Shown piece after piece: positions 29,716 through 32,000 of a DNA stretch of 32,000 nt. The DNA comes from Candidatus Kuenenia stuttgartensis. Lineage in GTDB: Bacteria; Planctomycetota; Brocadiia; Brocadiales; Brocadiaceae. Where the stretch lies: contig NZ_LT934425.1 in the NCBI RefSeq assembly GCF_900232105.1, positions 3,210,001 through 3,242,000 of the forward strand. The letters are read 5' to 3'. The notes beneath the pieces were generated by a model, which saw only the letters and a list, made by a program, of their open reading frames with translations, ran no database searches and had not been told where the DNA came from. The position numbers and the translations under genes are program-made. Numbering within the stretch: position 1 is the stretch's first letter; every line of letters starts with the position of its first letter.

Positions 29716-30861
29716 ATGAAATTGTGCCTGAATCATTTTTACACCGGCATTGTAATTGTCCTTTTATTAACAGGAATTAATTTTGGTTGTGCGACGCAGA
29801 AAAGATCGTTGCTTATTCCGGAAGAATCCGGCAGCGGCCTGGTGGAAATCAAAGACCCAAGGCAATTTCCTTATTTCAGGGACGATTATGATAAAAACTC
29901 TCTTTTACTGTCGATAGACCATAGCCTCAGGTATTTTGCCATGTCAAAATCCAATAAATATGGATTTCGTATGAAGGATTTTTCTCATGAAAAACTGAAG
30001 GAAACCCTGGAATATTTTCGCGATGGTGTTGTACATTGTAACAATGACGCAGAACTTAATGCGTTTATAGCGGAACATTTCAGAGTCTTTCAGGCGGTTG
30101 GCAAGAAATTTTACGGGGAAGTGCACTATACTGGCTATGGGACGCCGATTTATCAAGGGAGCCTTACCGCGGATAGTGAATTTAAATACCCTCTTTACAA
30201 AAAACCTGCTGATTTCAGAAAACCCTACTTTAAAAGAAAAGAGATTCAGGAAAATAATCTCTTGAAAGGAAATGAGATTGTCTATCTTAAATCGAAATTG
30301 GACGCCTACCTTATCCATGTTCAGGGATCAGCGCAAATTGATCTTATATCGGGCAATAAGCTTTATATAGGATATGCTGCGGATTCCGGACATGAATACA
30401 CCAGTATCGGCCAGCAGTTGATTTTGGATGGAAAAATACCTGAAGAAGAACTAACGCTATCTGAACTCATAAGCTACTTCGACCGGCATCCCGACGAGCT
30501 GGATTTTTATATTAATAAAAATGACCGTTTTATTTTCTTTGAAGTGGTAAATCATGCAGTGCCTCATGGGTGTATTGGCGTGCCTGTTACCCCGATGAGG
30601 AGTATTGCTACGGATAAGAAACTGTTTCCTGCCGGCGGTTTGGCATTTGTAGTCTTAGAATCGAGGACGGCAAAAAAAACAGGCTGGTTTACTAAAAAAA
30701 ATGTGGTGGAAAAGCTTTTTTTTGTGTCGGACCAAGACACGGGAAGCGCCATACAGACTGCTGCCCGGGCGGATATTTATTTTGGAATCGGGGAGCGGGC
30801 AATGTCGGATGCGGGTAGTTTGAATACCTATGGAAGGCTTTATTATTTATTAAAACGTTGA
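29716..30861 (+). CDS. mltA: Membrane-bound lytic murein transglycosylase A (MltA) family lipoprotein
   Basis: Lipobox-like 'LTGINFGC'; 'FTGYGTPIYQGS'-like 'YTGYGTPIYQGSL'; 'AYLIHVQGSAQIDL', 'LFPAGGLAFV', 'QDTGSAIQTAARADIYFG'. Confidence 0.92.
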   Translation: MKLCLNHFYTGIVIVLLLTGINFGCATQKRSLLIPEESGSGLVEIKDPRQFPYFRDDYDKNSLLLSIDHSLRYFAMSKSNKYGFRMKDFSHEKLKETLEYFRDGVVHCNNDAELNAFIAEHFRVFQAVGKKFYGEVHYTGYGTPIYQGSLTADSEFKYPLYKKPADFRKPYFKRKEIQENNLLKGNEIVYLKSKLDAYLIHVQGSAQIDLISGNKLYIGYAADSGHEYTSIGQQLILDGKIPEEELTLSELISYFDRHPDELDFYINKNDRFIFFEVVNHAVPHGCIGVPVTPMRSIATDKKLFPAGGLAFVVLESRTAKKTGWFTKKNVVEKLFFVSDQDTGSAIQTAARADIYFGIGERAMSDAGSLNTYGRLYYLLKR

Positions 30862-30980
30862 GTTCTTTTTAATCCTTGCTAGTTATTTTTTGCAAAAAAT
30901 CGGGAATACTCTCATTTATCATGGCAAAATGTTTGCTCTGCAATAAGCTTTTAGGGACTTGAAATACTCTATTGTACCGT

Positions 30981-31050
30981 AGCAATCGGCAATCGGCAGT
31001 CGATAGTCGGCAATCTACAGTCGGCAAATTGCCGATTGCCAATTGAGGAA
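30981..31050. repeat. Heptad foldback repeat, copy D
   Basis: gcaatcg/gcaatcg/gcagtcg/atagtcg/gcaatct/acagtcg/gcaaatt/gccgatt/gcc. Confidence 0.85.
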
Positions 31051-31198
31051 TCTGGTAGAAATGACAGTTACAGGTATATTAAATTCTTCTATGTCCCTTC
31101 TTAGTGCTACAAATGAATGTCCTTGACAACCTTTAACCAGTGTGTTAACATTTTGCCTGTGCCTTGGCGAGTTATAATTTATTGTGAGGTATGGTTTT

Positions 31199-31639
31199 AT
31201 GGAAATTCCTGAACGGTATAAATATTCTGTGGATCATGGATGGTTTTTTGATAACAAAAAATCGATTACCTTTGGTCTCACAGATTTTTTTATTAAAGAT
31301 TTGGGCAAGCTTTTGTTTTTAGACCTTCCGCGATCAGGAGATGAAATTCTCTCCGGGATATCTTTTGGGGAAATAGAATCCCTGGATAATCTGATAGATA
31401 TTATACTCCCTATAAATGCTGAAGTAGTTGCTGTTAACGAGCGTTTATACGAAGATTTGGAAATATTGAGCAATGATCCTTACGTCCGTGGCTGGTTGAT
31501 AAAGTTTAGGATAGAAGATGTTAATATTTTTGATGAGTTGTTAAATGCACGGGAATATGCCGAATGTATTCGTAAGTATAAGGGATTTTCCAAACAAAGA
31601 CTCCAAAGAAAAATTAAGGAAAAGAAGAGTAAAAAATAA
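31199..31639 (+). CDS. Glycine cleavage H-protein-like (GcvH fold) protein lacking the lipoyl lysine
   Basis: 'YKYSVDHGWFF...ITFGLTDFFIKDLGKLLFLDLPRSGDEILSGISFGEIESLDNLIDIILPINAEVVAVNERLYEDLEILSNDPYVRGWLIKFR' aligns to the GcvH consensus. Confidence 0.8.
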   Translation: MEIPERYKYSVDHGWFFDNKKSITFGLTDFFIKDLGKLLFLDLPRSGDEILSGISFGEIESLDNLIDIILPINAEVVAVNERLYEDLEILSNDPYVRGWLIKFRIEDVNIFDELLNAREYAECIRKYKGFSKQRLQRKIKEKKSKK

Positions 31640-31648
31640 CCTTCCCAA

Positions 31649-32000
31649 TGATTTCAACATCGAAACGCCGTCTTGTTATTCTAACAGAGGGAAAACTTGA
31701 TATCCATAGTGCAAAGACTGCCGTCAGCATTGTTCGTTATTGCAAAGACGAAGTCGTTGCCATAATAGATCTCTATAATGCCGGAAAAGATCTTGAGGCA
31801 ATCATTGGGATAGGAAAAGACATCCCGATTTTTAGTACGGTTAAGGAAACATTGCACCTCAAACCTGATTCACTCCTTATTGGAATTGCTCCTTTGGGTG
31901 GAGTATTGCCCATTGAATGGCAGATACACATCAGAGATGCCCTGCAGAATAAACTCAATGTTATCAGCGGGCTTCATACCTATATCAGTGATGACCTTGA
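31649..32000 (+). CDS. DUF1611 family protein, 5' part (runs off window)
   Basis: My translation: MISTSKRRLVILTEGKLDIHSAKTAVSIVRYCKDEVVAIIDLYNAGKDLEAIIGIGKDIPIFSTVKETLHLKPDSLLIGIAPLGGVLPIEWQIHIRDALQNKLNVISGLHTYISDDL. Absent from the ORF track because it is truncated by the window edge. Confidence 0.75.

Overview
The window is dense with protein-coding genes and looks chromosomal. Gene content and style suggest an anammox-type planctomycete (Kuenenia/Brocadia-like), but that is inference only. From left to right: (1) a chemotaxis block: partial MCP, cheD, cheC-like, cheY, cheR, cheB. (2) Convergent cobyrinate a,c-diamide synthase. (3) A three-gene minus-strand cassette encoding a Cys-rich secreted protein, a His-tailed secreted protein and a Met-rich outer-membrane barrel, possibly for metal/copper handling. 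(4) Two bactofilins, one with N-terminal zinc ribbons. (5) A CDF-like transporter, a broken hicB-like gene, and a sigma54 regulator plus sensor kinase. (6) A secreted PQQ-propeller, Tat/DUF362 and NapH/NapG-like fusion cluster. (7) A consensus promoter, a c-di-GMP-I-like half aptamer and a terminator in front of a peptidoglycan amidase. (8) A 518-aa gene of a family I recall as multicopy and uncharacterised, beside a GxxExxY gene. (9) A CCG-type Fe-S oxidoreductase. (10) Two related FocA/NirC-family channels flanking a palindrome-rich spacer. (11) MltA, a GcvH-like protein lacking the lipoyl lysine, and a partial DUF1611 gene. Intergenic regions carry dispersed repeats, many with a clear 7-bp phase and foldback symmetry. 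No tRNA, rRNA or CRISPR array was recognised. The best candidates for something undescribed are the metal cassette, the 518-aa element, the riboswitch-like leader, the heptad repeats and the degenerate GcvH.
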